DNA of 58,669 bases, filler included, from Squatina squatina (GCA_031763465.1; 4 parts of 4 records of this genome joined end to end with filler, not necessarily neighbours in it), one strand, 5' to 3'. Counted from the first letter of the whole stretch, positions 23,128 to 36,845 are shown. Translations and numbers: made by a program. Notes: generated by a model from the letters alone, not told the origin.

Positions 23128-25240
23128 AGGTGGTAATGGCTGCATTAAGAAACACATTACATCTAGATAGGGTGTAAACGGGGGAACAATTATCTTTTGT
23201 ACAAGATATAATAACACATGAAGCAATTTTCCTTAAAAAAACAAAAAACAATGCAACAAAACTTAACATATGTTTCGATAACGTGTGACAAGTGTAAACC
23301 ATGCCAAATTACAAAGCAGATGTTTTAGATTTTGTAGTGCATCCCAAATGATCACAAGTTGTCGTTTGTTCGTTTATACTGAGAAATCACGATTCTTTAT
23401 GTGAACAAGTAATAATTTCTGGACGGAGATTGTGAATAAAAAAAACTACATTTATTTTATTAACCAAATATTTTACTTCAATATACCAAATGCTGTTGCA
23501 TAGATTTTTGGTAAGGAAGGAAAGATGTAAATTAGATAATATTGGTAAACTGCTGGAAAACACTCGAGTGCTTGACATTTTGTGGAACTTTCCATGCAAA
23601 AATTCAAAGAATATGGCATTTATTGATATTTCATTTGATGGTTTCTCTCCTACACAGTGCCGCATGATAGTGATAAATCATTTCTTAAAATTAAAATTTG
23701 TTTACATATATAACATTGAAAAAAACTTAAGGCAAAATAAATCTTTTTGTACCTACAAGTTTGTCCATATATATATAATATGCTTAACCCAATACCAGTC
23801 ACAATACAATCAGGTATGTCTATGCGGTTACATCACATTTTGACACCTATTGTTGTAGGGATTTTTTCCTTTTAAAAGTTAACCATAACCACTTTTCCAT
23901 TTATTATATCAGGTGTTGAGATTTCTGGAGGGTACACAATTTATAAAGGCAACAACAGACCAATCAGAACAAAAAGCCAACGGAACAAGTTACATGATAG
24001 AAACAGAGTGCTCTATACAGTTACATCACAGAGTCTGCAAAAGGCGGCTTCTTTTTTTTAAAAGAAAGGAACAAAGCTAATTGTTACATGATTTATACAG
24101 GAAGCAAACCAGAGAGGAAATCGATGAGAGGATTAGGACGAAGCTTGGAGAAGCGATAAGATTTACTCATACTATGTGTCTGTGTGCGTGCGTAGTAATG
24201 TGTGTCTGCATGCGTGCATGCGTAGTAAATGTGTGTGTGTCTGTATGCGTGCGTAGTAAATGTGTGTGTGCGCGCGCGCGCGTGTGTGGCACTTGGACAG
24301 TCTTTGTATACAAAGCTTAACAGTCATGCTTGGTTTACACGGTAAATTGTACAAGGCAATTGTCACCACAATAGGTTTCAAGACTAAGGATCAGGCACTG
24401 CACTTTGAATTCAAATATAGCTAAGAAAGCTCCACATTGTACAGGCTTCATCCACAAACACTCTGCGAACACAGAAAAGGGACAGGAATCTTTACGGCAC
24501 CCTTCGTTCTTAATGCCAAAAGCACACAGGGTCTTAGAATTCTAAGCTGCTCTCAAGGAGACCCACTCACTGAGGCTTCCTTCACAACTGCTCAAACATT
24601 TTCAACCTAAAGCATCCTCCGTTTGTACATCCTTTGATAGAGCCAGTTTTTACTGTGTAGTACAGAAAACTGTTACAGGACAACGTGAGGCAGAACCCTC
24701 TTACGGACCAGGTAAGACTTTAAACTCGGATCTGTTATCAAGTCTAAGTTTCTGAAATGGAATCAAGTTAGTTTTTTTTTTAATATATATTGAATGGAAT
24801 GTCATTAAAAGAAAACTAGAGTAAAACACGATAGTGTCTTTGATATACATCAAAATTACATAACAATTCAGGGATATATGCCAGTAATTTACTTTTAAAT
24901 CTATAAAAGACTTATTAGTGAGGGGGCCACCTTGGCAGGGCAGCCATCTTTAAAGTGTACAAGTACACACAATCTATACAACCAACCAACAGAGCAACAC
25001 TGGTTTAAAAGAATGCAGGTTACAGTCACATCTTTTTCCTCATTGGATATCTAAACGTTTCACTAGGCCTGGGGATCTCACAGGAACATGCAAGGTTTAG
25101 AAATCCCACGCAATGCATTCAAAGATTTGAAACGACAGACCTTTCACAGATGTGACCAGACACCAAATAGTTGTAATACTGAATGATCAGTTATACTTCG
25201 ATATTTCTCAAAGTGCATTTAAAAAAAACTAAACTGAAGT
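23128..25240 (-). other. Probable long 3' UTR on the minus strand (MAPK1 by position; assignment uncertain)
   Basis: Repeat-poor, AT-rich, minus-strand AATAAA at 23451-23456 and U-rich tracts. Contig placement is doubtful (see the 63-bp overlap finding). Confidence 0.4.
24172..24290. repeat. (TG)n/(TGCG)n/(CG)n compound microsatellite
   Basis: Alternating purine-pyrimidine tract with a repeated GCGTAGTAA(A)TGTGTG unit. Confidence 0.85.
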
Positions 25241-25523
25241 GCTTATTGAAATCAAAGGGGGTGTGTTGTATTCTGTGTGTATTAGTTCAATAAGCCAGTC
25301 CTGCTTTCTTTCAAACACCATCGCTAAGTTACATAGGATGTAGATCACTAAATGTGTGCGCACTGGCTGTACAGCTTTCAGACTTTTTGCAAACACCAAC
25401 ACAACCGGAGGAGCCAGATAATGGTGGCACATGCTCTCGTCAATGGGCCTCTCGCCCTGACTGACTCAGAGCCAAGCCCATCCCTCTGAGTGGCTCTCCA
25501 GTCAGTTCTGTGACGTAGCCAGT

Positions 25524-25680
25524 ACGGTAGCATAGCGATTATGTTACTGGACTAGTAATCCAGAGGCCTGGACTAATGATCTGTGGGACATGAGATCAAA
25601 TCCCACCACAGAAGCTGGGAATTATTAATTCAATGAATTAAAATAAATCTGGAATAAAAAGCTAGTAGCAGTAATGGTGA
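25524..25680 (+). mobile_element. tRNA-derived SINE 5' part
   Basis: GGTAGCATAGCG A-box-like and GAGATCAAATCCCACC B-box-like head; truncated by a gap. Confidence 0.65.
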
Positions 25681-27035
25681 NNNNNNNNNNNNNNNNNNNN
25701 NNNNNNNNNNNNNNNNNNNNNNNNNNNNNNNNNNNNNNNNNNNNNNNNNNNNNNNNNNNNNNNNNNNNNNNNNNNNNNNNCCACGGCAGAGTTTTTAGAG
25801 AGAGTACAATGAATAAGCTGAGATGCACGAGACAGGATTCAGGAGGAGTTAGAAACAAACGAACTCTGAGCACGTCCAGTCCTGCAGTCCTGGCCCTAGA
25901 AAGGCAACATACCAAAAATTAACATTCGGGATGATATATGTACACTAAAGTTCAACAACCCAGCGGCCAATGGGACAAAGTGGAAGCTGCAACACTTCAG
26001 CAAAAAAACCTCAAAGGAAGTTTTTTTTTAAAAATTGGCATGGTGAACTGCCAAAATAAAATGGGGCAGATCAGTGGAACAGGAAGCTCCCTTCTGCCAA
26101 CATTCAGAAACAAGAGTGAGCACAGCGACTGTCTTTAATTGCAGGAAGTGGAGGTCATACGAAGCCACTGGCTCAAAAGGGAGCTTCCGGGAGTTTGTGG
26201 AGAATAATCTTCAGATCCTATGTTGGTGCTGAGGAATCACTATTCAGAATACCATAGCACAAAGAATTTGCTGCTGAAGACTTGACCCTGGTGGAAGAAT
26301 CCAAGGCAGCAAGAATCATTATACACACCCTTAGTCATCTAGGTGATAGACCCAGGAGAAGTACTGACGGTAAAGCAAGGTGGTGTAAGTGACTGAAGGA
26401 ATTTCCCCAGCAGCAACATAAAATTCTTTCATTTGTAAGGGGAGGGGGATTTCTGGACACTCAAATAGTACCAAGTAAGTTCACAATTTAGCAAGGCTGA
26501 TCCTCAGCAGAAACTCATTAAACTACCCTTCTCAGAAGTTGCAAGGGTGGCTGATGTGGGAAATGCAAACAAATTCACAGCAGTGCTTCCAAGGTTGGGA
26601 TGCATTGGGTTAGAATAGAGTGTAAAGAACTTTCATTCTACACATGGCCAGGGTGTTTGATGCTGACAATAAATGCCCAGTGCAGAATCAAGTCCACTCC
26701 CCATCACTGGTATTTCTCATATTGATGACTATCAGAGTCAGGGGGTTACACCTTTCAAGACATCAACCAGCAACTGGAGTCTCTTGGGAAAGTTGTGTTT
26801 ACTCCTGCCTGTGCAGCAGAGCTGGGAGTCAGTCAACACTGATTGGAACAAGCTTAAAAAGTTGGAGGGTAATTGAGGGAGGAAGAATTATTTGTGCTTT
26901 TGCACAAGACTGATCACCTATACAACCTTAAGGGAATATCTAAAATGTAACCATCTGGCTAACTGTTTCATCACCACACTGTACCCGAGAGTGGTCATGT
27001 GTGAAAGATCACCTGTATGCAAGGGCGCTTGTAGT

Positions 27036-27161
<126 letters not shown>

Positions 27162-27241
27162 TCATACCACAAATTCATACCACTTCTGGAGGAACAAATA
27201 TCAAAAGCTATTTGTTTCTTTACTGTCCCATTCCCTTTCTA

Positions 27242-27280
27242 GGGGGGGGGGGGGGGGCGGGGGGTGCGCGGGCGGGGGGG
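27242..27280. repeat. Poly-G / G-rich run at a contig end
   Basis: Long G runs immediately before the linker. Confidence 0.8.
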
Positions 27281-27380
27281 NNNNNNNNNNNNNNNNNNNN
27301 NNNNNNNNNNNNNNNNNNNNNNNNTTAATTAATTAANNNNNNNNNNNNNNNNNNNNNNNNNNNNNNNNNNNNNNNNNNNN
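27281..27380. other. Artificial scaffold linker (44 N + TTAATTAATTAA + 44 N)
   Basis: Same structure as 13445-13544. Confidence 0.95.
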
Positions 27381-28764
27381 TTATGGCTGTGCACTGAGAG
27401 CAAATTCATTTTGTTGTATAAACAGTAGCTAAAGTTACCTTGCCAACGGCCTGTAGATATGAGGAGGAAACAGATGGTTTTTTTTCTCTTACGGAAGATT
27501 TTCATACCTACCAGAGGTATCTGTCAACTGTTGTTTCTGTCTAGACTTTAACTAACTATTGAATTGCTATCAGCTGTAAGTGTCTAGAGATTCATTAAAC
27601 CCTTCAGGAGCTTCTGTTTACTGTATGTTATAATCTTACTGTTAAATCGTTTGTAAACAGAAGCATTGTGAAATGGTGCCGGATTTCTCCCAAAAGAGAG
27701 AAATCCATTTGTAGATGTTAACAGGTTGCCGTTAAGTAAGAAAAATAAACCAGCATTAAAGCATGTTGTCCTGAATTTATGATGTATTAAAAATGTACTT
27801 GCGTCAAAGAATGTTTGGGAGATAAGTAATATTGTAAATATCATTCGTTACGGTTCTAAAATGTCTCCTTAACTTTATCATTTTTTTTCTGAAGCTACTG
27901 CAAAAATTAAGGAGAGCACAAAATAGACTGTATAAATCTACAAGAATTTTGAAAATACATCCTCAGTGGGTTCATATGTCATCTAAACTTGAACTACTTC
28001 CAGCTTGAGAAGTTAGCATTCTTTAACGTGGTCTGAATCTGGTTTTGATCCCAATTTATATTTGATAAGCTGGAGGTGTTCTGTTTTCATTTTTGTTGAC
28101 CTGATAACATTGGGACTGCCTCCCTTGCAGCATATTTGCGATCTAATATAAAACAAGGAAAATGGAAATGAGAGTGTTCAGATTGCCTTACAGATCCTGC
28201 GAACATGTGCACACATGTCCTGCTCCAGACTTAACTGTGAAAACTGGAAAGGGGTTCAGAGGAACGAGACTCATCCTCTCTGTACATAGAGTTTCTATTT
28301 ATTACAGATTTCCCCTGCATTGTTATTTTTATGTATCTCTCAACATGCTTTTCATTGGAAATTATTCTGACTGGGAAACATGAACTAAAATTAATTTGTT
28401 GCTGGAATTATTCCAATTGTTGTTAATACTTATGGGTGACTTGATACCTTTAAGTGTAAGCACTGGTGTTTGTAAAGGAAAATACCAATTACTATATATT
28501 GTGAAAATAAATCAGTATTTTATATTATAGCAACATATACCAGGCAAGTAAAGCTGCTTTATGTAAAGAATTTAAGAATGTGCTTGCATTCTATTCACTA
28601 ATAAAATAATACTTTTATAAATAATATGATGATCCCCCTGATCTTCCTACACATTACTCTACTCTAAACATAGGCTGGTGAGTGCCCTCATTCTGTAAGT
28701 GACATTTGGTTAGCAACTACTAGCGAGGCACACAAATAGTCTGAAGGCTACTCTTTATTCCATA

Positions 28765-28945
28765 TGGAGTAGTTGAGAACGGCATAGATGCATTTAAGGG
28801 GAAGCTAGATAAATACATGAGGCAGAAAGGAATAGAAGAAAATGCTGTTGGGGTTAGATGAAGTGAGTTGGGAGGAGGTTCATGTAGAGCATAAACACTG
28901 GCACAGACTAGTTGGGTCAAATAGCCTGTTTCTGTGTTGTACATT
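28765..28945 (+). mobile_element. CR1 3' end fragment
   Basis: GATGCATTTAAGGGGAAGCTAGAT...GAGCATAAACACTGGCACAGACTAGTTGGGTCAAATAGCCTGTTTCTGTG; same subfamily as 54810-55025. Confidence 0.8.
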
Positions 28946-29089
28946 TTATATACTTATCCTCCAACTTGGTGTTGCTCACTTCCTCAGTGCTTCCCATTTA
29001 AATCAATAACTCACCTTGAATGCAAACCCATGTCTTGTGTTCCAGGGTATACTACATTAGAGGGATCTTGGGATTTTAATGGGAAGGTC

Positions 29090-29820
29090 ATTAAACCAGA
29101 AGTACAATGTTCCCAGTTTGTTTAAAAAAGCAAACAGTATTTGGGATGCATAGTAAGGGGTATAACACACAAATCCAGAAAGGTCATTCTTAATAAAAAC
29201 AGAAAATGCTGGAAATACCCATCAGGTCAGGCAGCATCTGTGGTGAGAGAAATAACATTTCAGGTTGATGACCTTTTGTCAGAATTTTTAAAATTATATT
29301 TGACCCCGGTGAGACCATATCTGGAGTATTGCGTGCAGTGTTGGTCTCCACATTACAAAAAATATATTCAGTTATTGAAGGGGATACAGAGAAGGGCTAC
29401 ACAGTTGATCCCAGAACTTAAGAAAATGGCGTAAGAAGCAGATCGACTAGCCTGGGTTTGTTCACTCTTGGAAAGAGAAGACTGAAAGGGGATATGATAG
29501 AAGTGTTTAAAATAATGAAAGGTTTGGACAAAAATAAGCTTTTCTGCCATGTACAGGATTTAGGTACAAGTAGTCATATTTACAAATTAAGGACAACAAA
29601 AATAAATAGAAAATGCAGTAGAGACTTTTTTTTACTAAAAAGAGTGGTGAATATGTGGAATAGATTACCGGGATTGGAACAAGAAACCTTACAGGGTTTC
29701 AAGAAGGGACCAAACAGATTCTTGTCAACAAACGGGATTATTACAAATGCACCAAGGGAACACTGTGGGTAGGCGGAGTAGATGGACCCAATGTCTTCTC
29801 CTGTCTGAGACTGTTACTAT
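29090..29820 (+). mobile_element. CR1 ORF2 C-terminal fragment carrying a nested insertion
   Basis: GCIVRGITHKSRKVI...KLYLTPVRPYLEYCVQCWSPHYKK...IQRRAT...LGKRRLKGDMIEVFKIMKG...RVVNMWNRLP. Confidence 0.9.
29192..29285 (-). mobile_element. Penelope-like terminal fragment nested in CR1
   Basis: AAAATGCTGGAAATACCCATCAGGTCAGGCAGCATCTGTGG...TTTCAGGTTGATGACC interrupts the CR1 reading between ...SRKVI and KLY... Confidence 0.7.
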
Positions 29821-30432
29821 CAGTTTGGAGACAATAAATAACCTCCTATCTGAACAGCACTTTGCCAACCAGAGAAACAAAGAGAGTGCTTTGTGAAACG
29901 TTTACTTTCTGCGTCACAATGAGATACTTTTATTTTTAGCAACTTTTCAAAGGACTTTGTGGGGAAATTCAGNNNNNNNNNNCCTATGTATACATATATA
30001 TATTCTTCTCCCCTCTCTGCAGGCGTCACGTGGAAGAGGAAACCTGTCATTTCTTGTAACACATCGTTTCATATTTTGCGATGTACAGCTGTGCTGCTGA
30101 CACCTGAAGCCGCCGCTTTCTCACGGCAGATTTATTGCTTTCCAGCTGCAGGTGAGAGCCAAGTCAACGCGCACCAGAACAAAGCCGTGCCAAGCCTTTC
30201 CTTCTGATCCTCGCCTCCTGTCACATGGTTTGGAGAAGAACTTTTTCCATGATTTAGATTACAATCGTCTATTGAGCTGATCCATTCTTAGTCATTTCCT
30301 TTTCAGGATTTCTTCCTCATTACGTGTTACAANNNNNNNNNNNNNNNNNNNNNNNNNNNNNNNNNNNNNNNNNNNNNNNNNNNNNNNNNNNNNNNNNNNN
30401 NNNNNNNNNNNNNNNNNNNNNNNNNNNNNNNN

Positions 30433-30600
30433 CATAATTTTAAAAGGGAGTTAGACAGGTACTGGAGGATGAGGAATGTACAGGGTTATGGACAAAAAGC
30501 GGAGATGTGGGACTAAGCACAACTGCTCTTTCAAAGAACCAGCACAGTCACGCCGGGCCGAATGGCCTCCTTCTGTGCTGTAAGTTTCGATGATTCTATG
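30433..30600 (+). mobile_element. CR1 3' end fragment
   Basis: GGGCCGAATGGCCTCCTTCTGTGCTG...GATTCTATG tail, as at 1070-1111. Confidence 0.85.
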
Positions 30601-31685
30601 AAATAATTTCAGAATTTCCTGTAGAATGAGGGAAGTATGCTAACTTTATAGATATGAAGACCATATTCAATTTCTCAATTCAGCACGAATGTTTAATTTT
30701 TTATTACATGATGCACTTTCAGGGAACATTAGTACAAGGTTTGAAAATACCAGCATGCTGCTTTATCTCTTTGAGCTGTGTGACTAAGCACAGTCATCAT
30801 TCATCTTGTCAGAGCAGCAGCTGATGGCAAATTGTAAAGGTGTGTTACATAATTTACAGAACAAGCTGTGAATGGATTTTTACCACTGCAGCACACTATT
30901 AAATAGGACTATTTCCTAAACAATATTTAAACCACACTCTGATGCCATCAAAACAGTATAAACAAACCACACTTCACTGCACAATGAATGCACTGCATGC
31001 CCAGTCTTTCTTTTGCCCTTTTAAACAAGTGGCGCTTCACAGCTGATGTTACAAAAGGATTACATATGTGTACAGGGTGGTCCATTTGATGGAAAGTACA
31101 CTTTCCTATCAATAGTGTTTATTTTAATAAGGTTACTCTGTCTTCTTTCTGTCAAAGTGGCACTAAGGCATTCCCAGATTCAAGTTGGTAATATAAGGAT
31201 TCTGCTGTTTTTACACTTAGACAGCTGTCAGATGGGAGATCAGTTTATAATTAAAAAAAGGTCAAATTATTTATACCAATTTAGTAATTTACTAATTTCT
31301 CATGTAATTGCCCACATGCCTTTGCTTTACACCTCATAGTTCCATGGGAATTTCTAAAATAACTTGAATATGTGAGCAACAAAGTGACTGAGTTTACAGC
31401 TGGGATGCCACCTTGTATGCTGGTCAACAGTTTGGCAATCCTGTAGTGGCAATAAACAAGTTGTTTTGGAAGGTAGCTTTGAAAATTATACAAGTTATGT
31501 CTCCAGATAATAAAATGGTCCCTGCCATCAGGACAAAGATATGGTTTTACACAAACACAATTGCGTGTGTATTTTTTTTTCTCCCNNNNNNNNNNNNNNN
31601 NNNNNNNNNNNNNNNNNNNNNNNNNNNNNNNNNNNNNNNNNNNNNNNNNNNNNNNNNNNNNNNNNNNNNNNNNNNNNNNNNNNNN

Positions 31686-32199
31686 GCCTGCGAGTCGCAT
31701 CGCGTTCCCGGACACAACTGGGGCGGCTGCCTTCTTACGTCATTGGCATAGCCTGAGCACCATGCCAGCGATGTCAGAAGCGCCGCGTCAGTGTGTTGCA
31801 TGCTGATGTCAGCACACAACTAAGTCGGCCGAAAAATAAAGATGGCAGCCGCAGGCACACAGGCCTTCCCCGTTAAGAGGGCTGTTGCAGTGACAGGTTT
31901 TACTGTCGCTGCAACCGCCTGGCTTTGCGGCCACCTCCCGTGGGTGAATTCTGCTCGCGGGACGCAAACGGGCTGCTAAGAGGGTTGTGGCTGCGTGGTG
32001 CAGGTCGGCGTGCGTCTTGATGATGCCACGCGCCGACCTGCCACAAAATTCAGCTGGCCAGGCACAAAGGCCTTTGCACCCCAGCTGAACTTCCCGGAAG
32101 GTGAGATGGCCACCCTCCAGCACCATTTTTTCTGGTTACGCCCAGTAGTGCCCCTCGGAGGCACTAATGTGACGCAACAGAAGATGAATTTCGGCCCCC
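31686..32199. mobile_element. GC-rich non-autonomous DNA transposon (Harbinger-like MITE) fragment
   Basis: Ends in AATTTCGGCCCC. Similar termini occur at 21286-21295, 42745-42755, 44327-44334 and, reversed, 45646-45658. The superfamily is inferred. Confidence 0.5.
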
Positions 32200-33244
32200 T
32201 GTTCTTTTCAGAACCATGTCCTTAGTTAATTGCATACTGTCTCCCTCCTCTTCTGCTGCTACCAGAAACCTGATTTGTCACCAGTAACTTTCCCTCAATC
32301 TACCGGGTAAAGCCAGCTGTGAATTAACTCTTTAATATCTGTTGTTTATTTTCCATGAATTCCAACTTCTTGCTGTCATTTTTCTTTGGATCAGTACTTT
32401 ATTTCACCCTTTGTTAATTCCATAACAAATTGTTACCTTCAGGGAAAAAGGAGAAAAAATCTTTGAGTGAATGCCTCTTACAGATTTTCTTTCAAAGCTG
32501 TAATGCCCTGGGCGTTGCTTTATAAATTACAATGTTCCCTCAAATTGGTAAGTGCAAGAAAGCCTAAATGTAAACTGAATACTTTCCTAGTCCATTCATT
32601 GTGAAGATATTTACCTTTTTATGATAAAGATCACAATCAGTAACATAGTTACTGTTGGGTGAGAAAAGCAGAGTAAGAGAGCACACAGACTAATTCTGCC
32701 CCATCAAGACACACTTTGGATGGCACAAATTCAGGTAATCATAAATACATTCAAGAAGTGTAACTCAGGTAACAGCGGCATAATTATTTAATTCTATATT
32801 CATCTATGTAAACACATTCTTTACTATAGAATGCAATGCAAGCATGAATACATGTTACCAATTCAGGTCTGCCGGAGCTGTCTGCTCGAATGCCATGATG
32901 TCAGTGGCTCTCTTAAGCCTCTTTACTGCGGTTGACTTCCACTGGCCTGTATCTGCTAGTGTGGTAGTGTAACAGTGAAACTCCCTTGTGATTGGGACCA
33001 GATCTCCATGTCTTAAGAGCATGTACTTCTTTAATCTCATTGCAGGCAGACTGGATGAGGCTGCCATTTGCCATTAACACCTGCGATTGTTTGGAAACTC
33101 TTCTGCCTTCCAGACAATCACACTATTATGCTGACCTTTGTCCTNNNNNNNNNNNNNNNNNNNNNNNNNNNNNNNNNNNNNNNNNNNNNNNNNNNNNNNN
33201 NNNNNNNNNNNNNNNNNNNNNNNNNNNNNNNNNNNNNNNNNNNN

Positions 33245-33540
33245 AAGGCTGATCAAATCTAGGGGATAGAGTCTAAAAATTAGAGCCAGACCTTTCAGGA
33301 GTGAAATTAGGAAACACTTCTACAGACAAAGGATGGTACAAGTTTGGAACTTTATTCTACAAACAGCAATTGATGCAAGATCAATTGTTAATTTTAACTC
33401 TGAGATTGATGGATATTTGTTAACCAAAGGTATTAAGGGATGAGGAGCAAAGGTGGGTGGAGTTAGGTCACAGATCAGCCATGATCTCATTGAATGACTG
33501 AACAGGTTCGAAGGGCTAAATAGCCTCCTCCTGTTCCTAA
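33245..33540 (+). mobile_element. CR1 3' fragment
   Basis: ...AGGAAACACTTCTACAGACAAAGGATGG...GATCAGCCATGATCTCATTGAATG...CCTCCTCCTGTTCCT tail. Confidence 0.85.
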
Positions 33541-34739
33541 AAACTGAAAGCATGTATAATGCTCTAACATTGTCAAGGGATTGGATGGCTGGATAACTGC
33601 TCGAACAGCAGTCTTCTGACACATTGGGGTAGATTATCTCCTGAAGCACGCCCACCGCCTGCCCAATAGTCCCAGTAGAAGAAGATTGATCTTGGGAGGA
33701 AGGGGCAGGTTAGGATCCGGACTGGTGGTGGCCCAGGCTGATTTTATGGAGCCCGCAGGAGCATTCCTGCAAACTCACACTTCCACAATAATATAGTAAA
33801 ACTCCCCTGTGGGCTTCTCTTCAGCTAGACTGCCAGATGTTATTGGGCATGCTCTGGTCTGTACTTTCCTAAACATACAACATAACATGCACAATGAAGG
33901 AATAATAAAGCTCTGAATTCACAATGTTGTGACTCACTTTAGGAGTCAACTTTCTTTAAAGGCGAGAAGAAAATAATGATCTCTCTCACTTTAACAGCAC
34001 AGACAGTCCATCTTATGGGCTCATTACCCCACTAACTACTTATCATTTTCCCAGCGTGGTGCACTTTCCATCATTTAAAGGCATCAATTGAAGTAACAGA
34101 ACTGTGTTATTACACAGAACTTTTGACAACTTGCCTTAAAACTAGCACTTACATGGCTATAAAGGCTCATTCTTGTTGCCAGTGAAGATTAAGCAACAGA
34201 ATTTCATTCAAGAATGTTCTTGTTTTAAATAGCTTTCGTTCTTGGTTACTATAGAAGTATATTTTATTTTCATGTAGAAATGTTGCTCATAGCCAGAGAA
34301 TTAAAATAAATGTAAATATGTTAATTTAAATAATTAAGCTGAAAAAAAAGTGATGATTGTCAGCAATATTTTTTTTTATCCACTGGATCACCTGGCTCAT
34401 TTACACCGCATTCAATATGTTAACATAGTAACAAAGTGCCACCATCATTCGATGTCACTATCTCTCAGTGCCACTACTCTGCTATCACATGCTGAAGGTT
34501 TTGACTAACAGAAGCAAATTATTACTCTTACTGAAATTCCTCGCAAATACATGCATGGGTGTTCAGCAACAATTTAGCCACAATCAATTTATATTTATAT
34601 TTAAGTCTGACTGTGCCAAAGTTGCAGCATTAAAGCTTCNNNNNNNNNNNNNNNNNNNNNNNNNNNNNNNNNNNNNNNNNNNNNNNNNNNNNNNNNNNNN
34701 NNNNNNNNNNNNNNNNNNNNNNNNNNNNNNNNNNNNNNN

Positions 34740-34845
34740 CAGTTTGTACTGGTCCCACCTTCCCCAGAACCACCCCCAATGTCCCAGGACTTTGAATCCT
34801 TCCCCCCTACACCATCTCTCCTGCCATGTATTCATCTGATATACC
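34740..34845 (-). mobile_element. CR1 ORF1 (SGNH esterase) fragment
   Basis: NTWQERWCRGEGFKVLGHWGWFWGRWDQYK matches the CR1 ORF1 esterase motif that precedes DGLHL. Confidence 0.75.
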
Positions 34846-35545
34846 TTCCTATTTCTACTCTCGCTAACGGAGGGGAGTTGGAGGGACAGGTGACAGAGTC
34901 ACTCTTCGGAGCATATCAATCAGTAAAAGCTGCGTGCCCCCATTATTATGGGATTTTAATTTTTAACCCATGGAGGCTGGGTTTCCCGAGGCTCTGGAAT
35001 CACGGCAGGTAAAAAGGAGGTGAGCAGGGCCGCATTCATGAGTTAAGTGCATTTACAGCACTGTTTGTGAGCCAGGAGGAGTAGGATTGTTTAATCCAGG
35101 CCAAACAAGCTTACCTCCATGTGATCGAACCCCTGCAATTGGCCGACCCTCTTCCCCAACCCCCACAATCCCTGACACTACCCACCCCCATTCCCCGCAA
35201 TCTCCTTCTTACCTGGGATCTGCTCCCCAGCTGCTTTCCCACCCAGTGGAAAACCTGCTGGAAAAAGATATTGAAGACGTTCTGCGGTTAATTTCAGCAG
35301 GCCGTTCGACCAGGTTTCCCATCGGAAATCCTTCCCCCACTCTAGTCACGGCCCCAAGTAAATATCGCGGGCCTATATTTACAAAACCCGAAAAGTCTTT
35401 TCGTACTCCTCCGGATTATAATTAAATCATGTGTATGCAGTATGTTATAGTACTGGCAAGATTATAAAAAGTCCTTGTATAATGTTTTTTTTGTACCATT
35501 TGGTTGAAGCTTCTACTGGCACTAACACTATTTTTGTGCTTACAG

Positions 35546-35728
35546 CAAATAAATAATGGTGCAACACTCAGTGATCTTCCACTTCACATGCAGAACAGCA
35601 TTCTGCATAGGTTTTCTGACGGCCTGGACATTATCAGCTTGGGTCAGGTGACTTCTACTCTGCATATGCTCAGTGAAGATAGACATCTGTGGAAAAAACT
35701 TTGCCAGTACCATTTTGCAGAAAAGCAG
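35546..35728 (+). CDS. FBXO25: F-box only protein 25, F-box exon (183 nt)
   Basis: tacag|QINNGATLSDLPLHMQNSILHRFSDGLDIISLGQVTSTLHMLSEDRHLWKKLCQYHFAEKQ|gcaagt; closer to recalled FBXO25 than to FBXO32. Confidence 0.92.
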
Positions 35729-35834
35729 GCAAGTCTATCAGATGAAGTAGAATGTGGCCTGATAAAATGCAGTCAGGGTATGAAACTAAATTAATTTGTG
35801 TAGCAAACAGACGCCAAGAGAACTAATGTTGCGT

Positions 35835-35967
35835 AAAATGTTTTTTCTTATATCGCCTTTGGCTCTTTTGCCAATCACCTTAAATTTGTATCCTCTGGTT
35901 GTCGATCCTTCTGCCAATGGGAACACTTTCTCTCCGTTCTGTCCAGACTCCTCATGACTTTGAACAC
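35835..35967 (-). mobile_element. CR1 ORF2 3' fragment
   Basis: VFKVMRSLDR and PLAEGSTTRGYKFKVIGKR...IRKN, in two frames. Confidence 0.8.
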
Positions 35968-36845
35968 NNNNNNNNNNNNNNNNNNNNNNNNNNNNNNNNN
36001 NNNNNNNNNNNNNNNNNNNNNNNNNNNNNNNNNNNNNNNNNNNNNNNNNNNNNNNNNNNNNNNNNNNATGTTTGCCCATATAGTCTGGACAGTTTGTGAA
36101 TCTTTGTTCAATTCATGCCTCCCAATTATTGAATTAGAAATACGAACCAATATTCCGTGTCTATCTGCTGTGCGCAGCAAGAAATTGAGCATCTGTGTCT
36201 CATTAAATCTGTTGTGAATCAGTATCTCCAGTTCTTTATAGTTGGTCCCAATAGCTACTGAATGAGTTAAAATCATCATCACCTCTTCCAACATCTTGAT
36301 TATAAACGAATTGCCAATAATATCATGGATATATTTTGTGTAGTTTAATTCTGTTTTTCATTCCATTAACCGATTTAAGAGCAATATTACGGAACAGGAG
36401 CTTTATTTAGGGAAGGGTCACTGGAAATGATCGTGCGGCTGGATAAATCCTTGTCTCTATTCTTTTAATTGTTCCTATTTGTCCTTTTTCCCCCTTTCCT
36501 TCATGCTTACCCCTCCTGCTCCTTCTTCCTTGATCTCAAAGGACTACCATCTTGCTTTATTATTCAAGGTACTTTGAAACATTTGCATCCTTGAATTCCA
36601 ACTGCTATGTAGTTATTGATCTAATTCACTGATGGCCCAGTCAAAATGTTGATATCTTAGTTAAGTACAACATTAGAGGTCAAGGGCTGGGTATGTTTTT
36701 TTAAACTGCTTATGGCATTTTTTCATAAAGATATATTATCTTTGACTTGTTTGAAAATGAGTGAGTATGTTGTGAGTAGAAAGTCTTTTGATACTGTAAG
36801 AAAGCTCGTAAAGGTTTCTATTAATTTTTTTTCCTTTTTGATTAG

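Noticed and set aside
27242-27280. G-quadruplex candidate
   Set aside because: It sits at a contig end, where poly-G may be a sequencing artefact; it cannot be supported.
30022-30150. Possible plus-strand FBXO25 5' UTR exon (also 32483-32547)
   Set aside because: Only splice-like motifs; no coding homology or other support.
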